Source: Vicinamibacterales bacterium (GTDB lineage: Bacteria; Acidobacteriota; Vicinamibacteria; Vicinamibacterales; UBA2999). Taken from it: DNA of 34,487 nt. Made by a program: the position numbers and the translations under genes. Location of the stretch: positions 1 through 34,487 of the forward strand of contig DATMJU010000703.1 in NCBI GenBank assembly GCA_035553795.1, read 5' to 3'. Positions 1 to 9,238 of this stretch are shown here, in pieces. The notes below the pieces were generated by a model. It was not told where the DNA came from. It was given only the letters and a program-made list of their open reading frames with translations, and made no database searches. Positions within the stretch are counted from its first letter, which is position 1. Each line of letters opens with the position of its first letter.

Positions 1-2
1 AG

Positions 3-1385
3 CTGACGCAGGACACGCTCACCGCCAATGCCGGTGTGGGGGGCCTGACCCCGTGGGGTGGCGGGTCGTACCAGGTTGACTTTTCGTCGACACGCTTCGA
101 AAGCGATAACCAGTTCACCACGCTAAATCCGCAGTTCCCGACGGCGTTCCGGGCCACCTACGCGCAACCGCTCGGCCGGGGATTCACGTTTGACGCCCCT
201 CGCCGACAGATTGAGATCGCACGCCGGAACGAGACCGTCAGTCAGGCCGGCTTCAGGCAGCGCGCCCTCGAAGTCGTCACGGGCGTCGAGCAAGCCTACT
301 GGAACCTCGTGGCCGCGGTGCGCAATTTCGACACGCAACGTCAGGCGCTCGATCAGGCGCGCGCACAGGTCCAAAGCAACCGGCGGATGGCGGACGCGGG
401 CATACTGGCGCCGATTGCCGTCGTCGAAGCTGAGACGCAGGCGGCGACCTTCGAGGAGGCCCTGTATGCCGCGCAGCAGGGCGTGACGCGTGCTGAGAAC
501 GCGCTGAAACAGTTGATCCTGCCGGATCGATCATCGCCGTTGTGGCATCGTGCGCTGCAACCGGCAACAGTCGCCGATCCGGTACTCGTGGAACCGGATC
601 TGGAGGCTGCGGTCGTGCGCGCCCTCGCCAACCGGCCAGAGATCGTTCAGCAGGAGGCGGCGGCGGCGATCGCCGACGTGGATGTCCGCTACTTCCAGGA
701 TCAGACCCGTCCGCAGGTCGATCTTGTGGGCACATTCTCGGTCTCCGGACTGGCGGGAAACGTCATTTCGCGGGGCCCCAATCCAATCACGGCCAGTACG
801 CTGGTGCTGCAGGAGCGGATCAACGAGTTGAGCCGCCTCTCTGGACTCCCGGAGCTGCCGCCGTCCTCAGGCGGATCCCTCCCCGAGCTGCTGGTTGGCG
901 GCTACGGCCAATCGCTTCGCACGTTGACAGAGGGCAATTTCCCCGCAGCGAGGGTTGACCTGCGGCTGCAGCTGCCGCTGCGCAACCGGACGGCGGAGGC
1001 GAACCTTGCGGTCGCTCGACTTCAGCGCCAACAGGTCCACGCCCAGCGGATCCAGGTCGAACAGGCGATCGAGGCCCAGGTACGCGATGCCCTCCAGACG
1101 GTCCGGTCAGCGCGTGGCCGGCTTGGAGCGGCAACTACCGCACGAGCGTCCGCCCAGGTGCAGTACGAGAGCGAACAGCGGCAGTTCGAAGCGGGTACGT
1201 CGACGGTGTTTCTGGTGCTGCAGCGCCAGACGGCGTTGGTGACCGCACAGGCGCGGGAGATCCAGGCGGAGACGGATCTGCAGAACGCACTCGCGCTGCT
1301 CCGAAACGCAACGGGCGAGGCGCTTGACCGCTGGAACATTCGACTGCAGGTGCCGCCCACGGTCCCACCCTCCTCGGGCCGTTGA
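3..1385 (+). CDS. TolC-family outer-membrane efflux protein, 5'-truncated by window edge
   Basis: Frame is open from base 3 to TGA at 1383-1385 with no upstream stop. Two long Ala/Gln/Arg-rich helical halves separated by Gly/Ser beta segments (VDLVGTFSVSGLAG). C-terminal YESEQRQFEAGTSTVFLVLQRQTALVTAQAREIQAETDLQNALALL is typical of OMF/TolC proteins. Confidence 0.75.
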   Translation: MTQDTLTANAGVGGLTPWGGGSYQVDFSSTRFESDNQFTTLNPQFPTAFRATYAQPLGRGFTFDAPRRQIEIARRNETVSQAGFRQRALEVVTGVEQAYWNLVAAVRNFDTQRQALDQARAQVQSNRRMADAGILAPIAVVEAETQAATFEEALYAAQQGVTRAENALKQLILPDRSSPLWHRALQPATVADPVLVEPDLEAAVVRALANRPEIVQQEAAAAIADVDVRYFQDQTRPQVDLVGTFSVSGLAGNVISRGPNPITASTLVLQERINELSRLSGLPELPPSSGGSLPELLVGGYGQSLRTLTEGNFPAARVDLRLQLPLRNRTAEANLAVARLQRQQVHAQRIQVEQAIEAQVRDALQTVRSARGRLGAATTARASAQVQYESEQRQFEAGTSTVFLVLQRQTALVTAQAREIQAETDLQNALALLRNATGEALDRWNIRLQVPPTVPPSSGR

Positions 1386-1490
1386 ATTGGACCCTGCATC
1401 AAACCTGCGTGGCGTGGCGGCGGACGCGACCATGACCAGGCACGGCGCAGATCCTCACTGCCTCCGGGAGACGGCGTCGGTGGAGGGCCG

Positions 1491-2303
1491 GTGCAGGAAG
1501 TGCGAGTGATTGTAGCGACCGAGCTCTCGCGCTCCGGTGCGGCCATCGCGCGGCACGGCGCGCTGTTGGCACGAGCCGAGGGGGCCAGCCTTCATCTGGT
1601 GCATTATGAATCTCCGGCATTCGCCGCTCCCTTCGAGCACGGTTCTCTGCTTCCGTTCTTTCAGAGTGTTCCTCAATCGACAGCGTCGGCGCATGCGCGG
1701 CTGGGTCTGATTGCTAATTCTGTGGAACGATACGGGCTGCCGATACACGCTGCGGTCATGGCCGCGCCCCTCCGGGGTCTCTCAGAGCAGGTCAACGACG
1801 ACGACATCGTTGTGGTGGGCACCCGCCCACGAGGCAGGCTGTCGATCGGTCTGCGCCGTTCATTCCTAAGCCAGTGTCTGTCGACTATTCCCGGTGGCCT
1901 GCTGGTCGTCCCAGAGTCGGCAACAACACGGCCCGTCGCCACAGTTCTCTGCGCGTTGGGAGGCCTCACAACGTCGGGTCCGCTCAGCCACTACGCTGCC
2001 TTCCTGAGCGAGCGCCTCGGGGCAACTTTACGCGTTCTGCTGCAGTCGGACGGCGCCAGTGCCCCGCCGGCCGGTACGGCATACGCGCGAGCGGAATCGC
2101 TGCTGCGGGCGGCCGTAAGCGCCAGCAGCAATGAGGACAGGATGTGGGTCGTGACGCCTGCGCCCAAAGCGGACACGTTCACCCGCGGTGAACGCGTCGC
2201 GTACGAACGGCTGCTGCGCTCGTCGCGCAGTCCCGTCCTGTTCATGGACGAGCGCAGGGAGGCGTTCACGTGGTCGCCGACTCGGACACGCTGCTCGTCA
2301 TGA
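1491..2303 (+). CDS. Hypothetical protein, possibly tandem universal-stress-protein (USP)-like
   Basis: 270-aa ORF with GTG start; alternative GTGs at 1500 and 1506 follow a GGAGGG at 1483-1488. Two repeats of a beta-alpha pattern (RVIVATELS...HLVHY...IVVVGTRPRG; VLCALGG...LRVLL). No strong signature, so the family call is weak. Confidence 0.35.
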   Translation: MQEVRVIVATELSRSGAAIARHGALLARAEGASLHLVHYESPAFAAPFEHGSLLPFFQSVPQSTASAHARLGLIANSVERYGLPIHAAVMAAPLRGLSEQVNDDDIVVVGTRPRGRLSIGLRRSFLSQCLSTIPGGLLVVPESATTRPVATVLCALGGLTTSGPLSHYAAFLSERLGATLRVLLQSDGASAPPAGTAYARAESLLRAAVSASSNEDRMWVVTPAPKADTFTRGERVAYERLLRSSRSPVLFMDERREAFTWSPTRTRCSS

Positions 2304-2427
2304 GTCCCCGCCGCCAGACGTAGCGGCTCGCCTCTTCGTCCTCGCCTGTGCTCGCGTCACCCTGCGTATCTGTCGCCGCACGTCGCCACGATCAGCCGCA
2401 CGTCGAGCGGCGACTCCGACGAACGGC

Positions 2428-3231
2428 TCAGATCCACACGAGCGGCGGCACTGCCGGAATCTCCCCGATCTCGACCGCCAATCGAAAGAACGCGCACAGG
2501 CCTTCGAGCATCGGCTCGTCCAGCTCGAACTGGAGGCTGCGCCAGTACGCGTCGAGGGTGGTCGCGTCGAGCTGGAAACGGCTCGCGTGACGCCGGGCCA
2601 GGTCGGCGCGATGCAGTCGCCAGTAGTCCCGTGATTCGACAAGGGCGGCACCCAACTGCCGAAGCGCGGCCGGGGAACCCCCGCGCGCCTGCCAGAGCGC
2701 GAACGCAAATGGCAGTCCGGTCTCGGCAAACCACTCCGCTCCGAGGTCGACACGGCTCTCCGCGTCTGCGTGAAGAGACGGATCGAGCGCGAGGTCGCCA
2801 ATGTAGAGTGCCGCCGCGGCGCCCATGGCAAAAGGATCGTGGCGGCCCTGATCGAACCAGACGAAGCGAGGCATGACGCCCCACCGGACGCGCAGGAGAA
2901 TCTTGAGCAGGCAGACGGAGGTGGCCGACGACGTCGTGAGCGCGACAAGAGCGCCATCGAGGGCGCCCGGCGGGGCTCCAACCAGCAGAATGCTGCCGAC
3001 GGGCCCGCGCGAACCGATCACGACCTCGGGGATCAGGCGGTACTGCTCGGCATGTCGCGCATACTCGATACTCGAACACGGCGCGACGTCGAGGTCCCCG
3101 TGCGCCAGCATGTCATTCAGCACGGACGGGACACCCTGGGCGAGTACGACCCCCTCCGGGGGCCCCTGGTCGATGAACCGGGCGTGGACGGGAAAGCAGT
3201 TGCTGTAGATGATGTGACCGAGTCGAAGCAT
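2428..3231 (-). CDS. MqnA/MqnD-family protein (futalosine-route menaquinone biosynthesis, chorismate dehydratase-like)
   Basis: The ORF runs to 3420, but the family-typical N-terminus MLRLGHIIYSNCFPVH begins at ATG 3231. Also has GVPSVLNDMLAHGDLDVAPCSSIEYAR and IGSRGPVGSILLV, which match the VitK2-biosynthesis (MqnA) pattern as I recall it. Confidence 0.6.
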   Translation of the reverse strand: MLRLGHIIYSNCFPVHARFIDQGPPEGVVLAQGVPSVLNDMLAHGDLDVAPCSSIEYARHAEQYRLIPEVVIGSRGPVGSILLVGAPPGALDGALVALTTSSATSVCLLKILLRVRWGVMPRFVWFDQGRHDPFAMGAAAALYIGDLALDPSLHADAESRVDLGAEWFAETGLPFAFALWQARGGSPAALRQLGAALVESRDYWRLHRADLARRHASRFQLDATTLDAYWRSLQFELDEPMLEGLCAFFRLAVEIGEIPAVPPLVWI

Positions 3232-3245
3232 CCCAGGGCCTAACA

Positions 3246-3273
3246 TTGACATTGAACGTAGGTTCAATATAGA
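3246..3273 (+). promoter_or_regulatory. Sigma70-like promoter (TTGACA-16 bp-TATAGA) overlapping inverted repeat ATTGAAC-GTAG-GTTCAAT
   Basis: AT-rich island in the divergent intergenic region. TTGACA at 3246-3251 and TATAGA at 3268-3273. Perfect 7-bp inverted repeat at 3251-3257 / 3262-3268. Confidence 0.45.
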
Positions 3274-3358
3274 AATCAATTCTACTTTGCGGACGGCGGG
3301 ACGGCCAAGTCCATCCGGGGCAGCCCCGGGTTTCACACCGCGCCTGACAGGAGGCTGA

Positions 3359-4084
3359 TTGGCGGCTCGAGTTGAGGATGCCGTGGTGCTCGCGGCAGGC
3401 AATGGCGATCGGTTTTGCAACGGAACCCGTCAGTCGAAATTGCTGGAGCAAGTCCTGGGAGTGCCGCTGATCGTACGCACACTGGCCTCGGCGCGTGCCG
3501 CGGGAATCACTCACGTTGACCTTGTTGTCGGCTACCAAGCGGAGCGGGTCCGCGCGGTCGTCGAGCGCTCGCCGCTGGCCGAGTGCGTCACGCGTTTTCA
3601 CTTCAATCCCGAGTGGCACCGCGAGAACGGACTCTCAGTCCTGGCCGCCCGCGAGGCGTGCGGCAGCCGGCGATTCGCGCTGCTGATGGGAGATCACGTC
3701 TTCGAGCCTGTCGCACTCCAGCGGCTGCTGACCGCGGGGGCCTCTGAGGGCGAGTCGCTGCTCGCCATCGATCGCCGCCCGGCGCCCGCCTCCGTAGCGG
3801 CTGAGGCGACCCGGGTCCGGCTAGACGGCGACCGCATCGTGGCGATCGGCAAACAGGTCGAACCCTACGATGCCCTCGATACCGGGATGTTCGTGTGCGC
3901 GCCGACGGTCTTCGACGCGCTCGCGGCCGCGAGCGACGCCGGAGACACCTCCCTCAGCGCCGGCATCCGCCGGCTGGCTGACGCCGGCCTGATGCGGGGA
4001 ATCGATATCGGCGCGGCGCTCTGGCGCGATATCGACACGGTAGATGATCTTCATTCGGCAGAACAGGCGCTCTGCCGTTCATGA
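3359..4084 (+). CDS. Sugar/alcohol-phosphate nucleotidyl(cytidylyl)transferase
   Basis: TTG start 5 nt after AGGAGG (3348-3353). N-terminal AVVLAAGNGDRF (LAAGxGxR nucleotide-binding loop), VGYQAERV and LLMGDHVF fit the NTP_transferase fold. Stop overlaps the next start (ATGA at 4081-4084). Confidence 0.7.
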   Translation: MAARVEDAVVLAAGNGDRFCNGTRQSKLLEQVLGVPLIVRTLASARAAGITHVDLVVGYQAERVRAVVERSPLAECVTRFHFNPEWHRENGLSVLAAREACGSRRFALLMGDHVFEPVALQRLLTAGASEGESLLAIDRRPAPASVAAEATRVRLDGDRIVAIGKQVEPYDALDTGMFVCAPTVFDALAAASDAGDTSLSAGIRRLADAGLMRGIDIGAALWRDIDTVDDLHSAEQALCRS

Positions 4085-6435
4085 GTCGTCGCGGTGCGCA
4101 GATCGTCTCGCGGGTCGCGCTGGGTCTCGGTGTGGCACTCTTCGCCGGTACTCTCTGGCACGTGGATCTCGATGCGCTGACAGGGATGGCCGGCCGGCTC
4201 GGCACGGCATTGCCGATCGTACTCGTCCTCAGTGGCATCTGGCATCTGGCGCGCACGTGGTCATGGGCGGCCTGCTTCGCAGAACCGCTTCCCCTGCCCT
4301 TTGGGTCCCTCGCGCGAGTCCGACTGGCGGCGGAGGCTTTCAGCTACGTGACGGTGCGAGGCGTGGCTGGTGAGCCGCTCAAGGTCATGATGCTCACCGG
4401 GCGCATCGACTCCCGCCGGGCGACCGCAGCCGTCGCGCTCGAGCGCGTGTCGTATCTCGTCATCACAACCGGGATCGTGGGAGTCTGCGCCGCAGCCGCC
4501 GCAGCCAGTATGCCGCTGTCGGCCGGCTGGTTCCGGGTCTATAGCGGGTTCGCCATCGTGGCGGCCGTGATCGTGGGAGCGTCGGTGCTCCTGGCGCGGG
4601 GCCGGGGCGCGTACCTGAAGGCGACGCTCGACCTCCTGCACCGGGCGAGCCGCGGACGCCTGCGAGGAGGCGGTGTCGCGCGATTTCTCACGGCGACTGA
4701 GCATCACATCGTTGAGCTCGTGAAGGGCCATCCTCACCGCCTCGCGAGACTCGTCCTGGCAAATCTGATCTGCTTCGTCGCTATGGCGCTCGAGGTCTGG
4801 GTCGTGTCGCGCGCGATGGGGGTCTCCTTGACGACGTCGGGCGCGATTGCCGTGGAGACGTTCTCGCGTGTGGCGAGCTTTGCCTCGGCCTTCGTGCCTG
4901 CCGGCATCGGCACCTCCGAGGCCTCGAATGTCGCGGGCATGGCGGCAGTTGGTGTCCCTGGCGCCGGGTTGGCGCTGGCAGCCGCGCGGCGTTTCCGGGG
5001 TCTGTTCTGGGCCGGTGTCGGGTTTCTCGTCTATCCGAAGCGTCTCGCCGCCCGCCCGCCTCTCGATCTCGAAAGCGCTAATATGCATACACTACAAAGC
5101 CAAGCCGCCGGCACCGCCGACATAGGTTCGCGATTCTCAGGGCACGTGCTGATCTACATGGCCGACGATCCGCGAGTGCCCGTCAGCCCCCTCGACCGCC
5201 TCGCCGCTCTGCCGATTGGCGAGCGCGTGTTGCGCGCCGCCGACAGAGCAGGCTATGACGACATCCTCGTCTGGGCACCGACGAGTCACGCGGGCCTCTC
5301 GCGGGTCGCCGCCAGGCTGGCGCTCCGATCGCGTGTGGCGATCGCGCGTGACAGTGCTAGCTGGCGGAAACTGCAGGCGGGACTCCGCGTGCCGGCGCTC
5401 ACTGTCATCGGGTCAGGTACCGTCGTGGCGCCTTCGTTGCTCGAGGCCGCGCGACACGCCCTCCCGGCTCCCGAGCCCGGATACGGGATCGACATTCCCG
5501 CTGGCGACAGATTTCCGCAGTCCGGTGTACTCCGCGTTCATGCCGATGATGCCGCTGATCCGGCTGGCCTCGCCGACATCGTGCACGATCGTTGGCGCGC
5601 CGGCGTGTCCAGACCTGACGGCCAGGACGTTTCAGCGCACCGCGCCATGCTCGCCCTGCGCATCGCCGATTCGGGCCAGGATCTCGCACGCGCAGAGGCC
5701 GAGATCCGGAGATCCGTGTACAAGTCCACCGACCCGTACCTCGCGCGTGTCAACCGACGGATGTCGCTGCCCATTTCGATGCTGCTGTTGCGCACACCGA
5801 TGACCGCCAACGCGCTGTCGCTGCTGCTCGTTTTCTTGGGGTTCACTTCGGGATGGTTGTTCAGTCTCGGGAGCTACGCGACCGGGGTCGCGGCTGCGGC
5901 CCTGTCCCTCGGCGCGAGCATTCTCGACGGCTGCGACGGGGAGATCGCGCGACTCAAATACCAGGAATCGGCGTTCGGCTGCTGGGTGGAGACGATCGGC
6001 GACTACACCTATTACATCGCCATCTTCGTGGGTCTGACCGTGGGAGCAGTACGGTACACAGCCAATCCGATCTTCTATCGAATTGGGGCGGTCGCGCTCG
6101 CTGGCACGTTCATCACGTTTGCGCTACTCATCTGGCTGCGACGGCGCATCACCAACGGCCAGCCTGAGAAGCTGCAGTCGACGGCGAAAGCCCATTTCTA
6201 CGCGTCCAAGAAGAGATGGGCGTGGCTTGTCGCCAAACTGTCATTTTGCGCGACGCGGTCCACGATGCCCTACGGCATCATGGCCTTCGCGTTGCTTGGC
6301 ATTCTTCCCGGCATCCTCGTCCTGGCAGCCATCGGCGCGAATGTGTACTGGGTCAGTCTCACGATCCGGTTGCCATGGCTTCTAGCACCGGCCCAGCCGA
6401 AGACCGCAGCACGGGCCGTTGGCGACGCGGCGTGA
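4081..6435 (+). CDS. Tripartite membrane protein: flippase-like (LPG-synthase-TM/UPF0104-type) domain, soluble nucleotidyltransferase-like domain, CDP-alcohol phosphatidyltransferase
   Basis: 784-aa ORF. The first ~330 aa are polytopic and followed by a soluble segment (VLIYMADDPRV...GERVLRAADRAGYDDILVW). The C-terminal polytopic domain carries the signature D-x2-DG-x2-AR-x8-G-x3-E-x3-D (LDGCDGEIARLKYQESAFGCWVETIGD). Confidence 0.7.
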   Translation: MSRRGAQIVSRVALGLGVALFAGTLWHVDLDALTGMAGRLGTALPIVLVLSGIWHLARTWSWAACFAEPLPLPFGSLARVRLAAEAFSYVTVRGVAGEPLKVMMLTGRIDSRRATAAVALERVSYLVITTGIVGVCAAAAAASMPLSAGWFRVYSGFAIVAAVIVGASVLLARGRGAYLKATLDLLHRASRGRLRGGGVARFLTATEHHIVELVKGHPHRLARLVLANLICFVAMALEVWVVSRAMGVSLTTSGAIAVETFSRVASFASAFVPAGIGTSEASNVAGMAAVGVPGAGLALAAARRFRGLFWAGVGFLVYPKRLAARPPLDLESANMHTLQSQAAGTADIGSRFSGHVLIYMADDPRVPVSPLDRLAALPIGERVLRAADRAGYDDILVWAPTSHAGLSRVAARLALRSRVAIARDSASWRKLQAGLRVPALTVIGSGTVVAPSLLEAARHALPAPEPGYGIDIPAGDRFPQSGVLRVHADDAADPAGLADIVHDRWRAGVSRPDGQDVSAHRAMLALRIADSGQDLARAEAEIRRSVYKSTDPYLARVNRRMSLPISMLLLRTPMTANALSLLLVFLGFTSGWLFSLGSYATGVAAAALSLGASILDGCDGEIARLKYQESAFGCWVETIGDYTYYIAIFVGLTVGAVRYTANPIFYRIGAVALAGTFITFALLIWLRRRITNGQPEKLQSTAKAHFYASKKRWAWLVAKLSFCATRSTMPYGIMAFALLGILPGILVLAAIGANVYWVSLTIRLPWLLAPAQPKTAARAVGDAA

Positions 6436-6516
6436 GAACTACGACGCCGTCCATTTCGGCAGCAGCCGATTTTGTCCCCGGTGGACGTGGACCGACAAGG
6501 ATGCGTACTATCTGTT

Positions 6517-7158
6517 ATGCCCGGACGGAAAGCACCAGAAGTCGCACGGCGAGAGCAGATCCTCGATGCCGCACTTCGTGTCGCCATTCGTGAGCGCCTC
6601 GGGGGACTGAGGATTCGAGACGTGGCGCGCGAGGCGGGGCTGAGTACTGGTCTCGTCCTCTTTCATTTCAAAACCAAGGAGGCGCTGATAGCCGCGCTGC
6701 TGACGTGGCTGCTCGAGAGCACGACCGTGCTTCGTCCGGAAGTGCAGACTACGGGATCGCCTGCCGCTTCGCTCTGCGAGCTGATTCGCGCGGAGGCCCG
6801 GCGCCTCTCGACAGACCGCCATCGGTCGGAGTTGTTCTTCGATTTTTGGGTCGCCGGGACGCGCACGGCGAGGCTTCGCGGGCAGATGCGCCGGGCGCTA
6901 ACGAGGTACCGCGAGGAATTCCGCGCGCTGGCCGAGGAGGCACTTGCCACTGACGAGGACCGATACCCGGACGCGACGGCCGAAGGCTTGGCGTCAGCTG
7001 CAGTCAGCTTCGTGCACGGGTGCGCGATCCAATCGGTGATCGATCCCTCGGGTTTCGACTTGCGCGCGGCGCTCACCGTGATTGATGGGCTCGCTCGCGG
7101 CGGGCTGATCAAGTCGCCCCGAAAATCCCGCAGGCGTCAGAAACTGAAGCGCCCATAG
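6517..7158 (+). CDS. TetR/AcrR-family transcriptional regulator
   Basis: N-terminal HTH RREQILDAALRVAIRERLGGLRIRDVAREAGLSTGLVLFHFKTKEALI. ATG at 6517 is preferred over the ORF-track start at 6472. Confidence 0.8.
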   Translation: MPGRKAPEVARREQILDAALRVAIRERLGGLRIRDVAREAGLSTGLVLFHFKTKEALIAALLTWLLESTTVLRPEVQTTGSPAASLCELIRAEARRLSTDRHRSELFFDFWVAGTRTARLRGQMRRALTRYREEFRALAEEALATDEDRYPDATAEGLASAAVSFVHGCAIQSVIDPSGFDLRAALTVIDGLARGGLIKSPRKSRRRQKLKRP

Positions 7159-7361
7159 CTGGCCCGGCGGATTGTTACGTTCGTTGATGTCGCAGGAGTG
7201 CTGATGCTCATGAGGCGCGCCGTTCGACGACTCGCGCTTCGTCAAGTCACGCGCCGGCCGCCGGTTGAAGGCCGTGAGCTGGCGTAAAGGCCTGTCGGTG
7301 CGTGCGCGCGGTACCGCGACACAAATGGACGAATGCTGGCCATTGTTCTGAGGTGTTCTCA

Positions 7362-8393
7362 ATGCTTCGCGACTTCGACTGGGTGTTCACCGCGTGGGGG
7401 CGTATCATCTCCGGCTACCGGCCTGCTCTGTCGGTGGAGATTACCCGGGAGTGTCCGCTTCGCTGCCCTGGCTGTTACGCGTATGGGGAGGAACATCTGG
7501 GCGGCGACCTCACGCTCAGGCAGGTCAGCGACTTCAAGGGGGACGAGCTGGTCAGGCGCTTCATGGCGCTGGTCGACGAGCACCGGCCGGTGCATGTGTC
7601 GATCGTCGGCGGTGAGCCCCTCGTGCGCCATCGTGAGCTTGGCGAGATCCTTCCGCAGCTTGCCGACAGGGGTATCTTCACGCAGCTCGTGACAAGCGCC
7701 GTTCGTCCGATCCCCGTCGCGTGGGCGCCGCTCCGCCGTCTGCAGATCGTGGTGTCCATCGATGGCCTGCAGCCGGAGCACGACGCGCGGCGCACGCCGG
7801 CGACCTACGATCGAATTCTGAAGCACATCCACGGACATCAGATCACGGTCCACTGCACGGTTACTCGCCAGCAGGTGCAGCGCGACGGCTACATTGATGA
7901 GTTCGTGCGGGTGTGGTCGGAGAATTCCGACACGCGCCAGATCTGGGTGAGCCTGTACACGCCACAGATTGGCGAGGTCTCGGACGAGTGCCTGCGCCCG
8001 GACGACCGCCAACGAGTCGTCGCCGCGCTGATGCACCTCCGCCGGTCCTATCCCAAGCTGCGCATGCCGGAGGGGATGATCAAGGTGTACGCGCAGCCGC
8101 CGCGAAACCCGGAGGAGTGCATCTTCGCGCAGACGACCACCTGCGTGTCGGCGGATTTCCTGCGCCAGATCTCACCCTGTCAGTTCGGCGGCAACCCCGA
8201 TTGCTCGAATTGTGGATGCATCGCGTCAGCAGGGCTCGGCGCGCTCGGACGTCATCGCCTGCCGGGCGGGGTCCCGGTCGAGGCGCTCTATTTCCGCTCG
8301 GCGACGATGGGACGCAGCATCCGACGCCTTCGCGCACGGCTCGCAACACGCCGCGTCGCGGCGGGACGCCACGCGGACGGCGTAGGTCCCTGA
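7362..8393 (+). CDS. Radical SAM enzyme with C-terminal Cys cluster
   Basis: CxxxCxxC motif (ECPLRCPGCYAY) ~30 aa from ATG 7362, plus a GGEPL motif (SIVGGEPLV). C-terminal cluster TTCVSADFLRQISPCQFGGNPDCSNCGCIASAG loosely resembles the HpnH/DUF3463 arrangement. Confidence 0.7.
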   Translation: MLRDFDWVFTAWGRIISGYRPALSVEITRECPLRCPGCYAYGEEHLGGDLTLRQVSDFKGDELVRRFMALVDEHRPVHVSIVGGEPLVRHRELGEILPQLADRGIFTQLVTSAVRPIPVAWAPLRRLQIVVSIDGLQPEHDARRTPATYDRILKHIHGHQITVHCTVTRQQVQRDGYIDEFVRVWSENSDTRQIWVSLYTPQIGEVSDECLRPDDRQRVVAALMHLRRSYPKLRMPEGMIKVYAQPPRNPEECIFAQTTTCVSADFLRQISPCQFGGNPDCSNCGCIASAGLGALGRHRLPGGVPVEALYFRSATMGRSIRRLRARLATRRVAAGRHADGVGP

Positions 8394-8556
8394 TGTGCCC
8401 GCCTGAAAACTGGGCGAGCTGCCTTCGGTCGCAGATGCCCCGTGCGCTGGCCAAGTACCGGCAGGAGTGTCGGACACTCGCGGCCGCATGGCTGGCCACG
8501 CAGGGCAAAGGTGGCAGCGCCACCCCGCACCATTGAGGTTACCTCGTTGCATCGAC

Positions 8557-8982
8557 CTATGCGCAATGGGCTGTGACGGTCTGGCGTTTCCGATGCTCGG
8601 TGTCTCCCGCGTGCGAGCCTAACCGCGGCGAGTGGCGTCCCCCGGGCACGCTGATCGAAGGTGCTGGACCGCAGGTCGGGCACGGAGACGCACGTCCGTG
8701 AGCGTTTCCGAGTGTACTGGCGAGCCAGAGCGCCATGAGCAGCCCCCCAAGCGTGGCTATCGCCATCTCCCGCGCCCCGCGAATCCGGAACTGCCCGACC
8801 TGGCACGTCAGCACATACGCAACGAACAAATTGAACACAGCCCATGCGACGTTGGCGACCGGACTCGAGTCGCCCAACGGGCATGGGAATGGTCTGCCGG
8901 AGACGCCGTTGGACAAATGAGGAACAGCGTTCACCCAGAATGCGCCGCCGGCGAAGTACGCGACGTAGTGGTACCAGAGCAT
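8557..8982 (-). CDS. Hypothetical small membrane protein
   Basis: ATG 8982 is preceded by GAGAGGGAG. Three hydrophobic helices (YVAYFAGGAFWVNAV, VANVAWAVFNLFVAYVL, IATLGGLLMALWLAS). The C-terminal tail is low-complexity, so the true stop and length are uncertain. Confidence 0.4.
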   Translation of the reverse strand: MLWYHYVAYFAGGAFWVNAVPHLSNGVSGRPFPCPLGDSSPVANVAWAVFNLFVAYVLTCQVGQFRIRGAREMAIATLGGLLMALWLASTLGNAHGRASPCPTCGPAPSISVPGGRHSPRLGSHAGDTEHRKRQTVTAHCA

Positions 8983-9013
8983 CGGCTCCCTCTCAAACAA
9001 GGTCGAGACCGCG

Positions 9014-9035
9014 TATTGACCACTCGTTCAATATA
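9014..9035. promoter_or_regulatory. Operator-like inverted repeat TATTGA-N8-TCAATA, sharing ATTGA-N8-TCAATATA with site 3251-3271
   Basis: Perfect 6-bp arms at 9014-9019 / 9028-9033 between divergent small membrane-protein genes. 16 of 21 positions are identical to the site at 3251-3271, including the 10-mer GTTCAATATA. Confidence 0.4.
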
Positions 9036-9238
9036 CTCGGGAGGGGAGGGTCGCAACAATGGGGTGAACCGCCCCGGGGAAGCGCTGGCAGGAACCGCCC
9101 GCGAGCCCAGCAACCGGTGGGTTCCTTCTGCGGCCGCACAAGAGCATTCCGCCGTGCATCTCGCTGTGTTGCCTCTGGAACGACTCGCATGAGAAACTCG
9201 GCCGACAGGCCCGCGGCAGCACTGTGGAGAACAGCATC

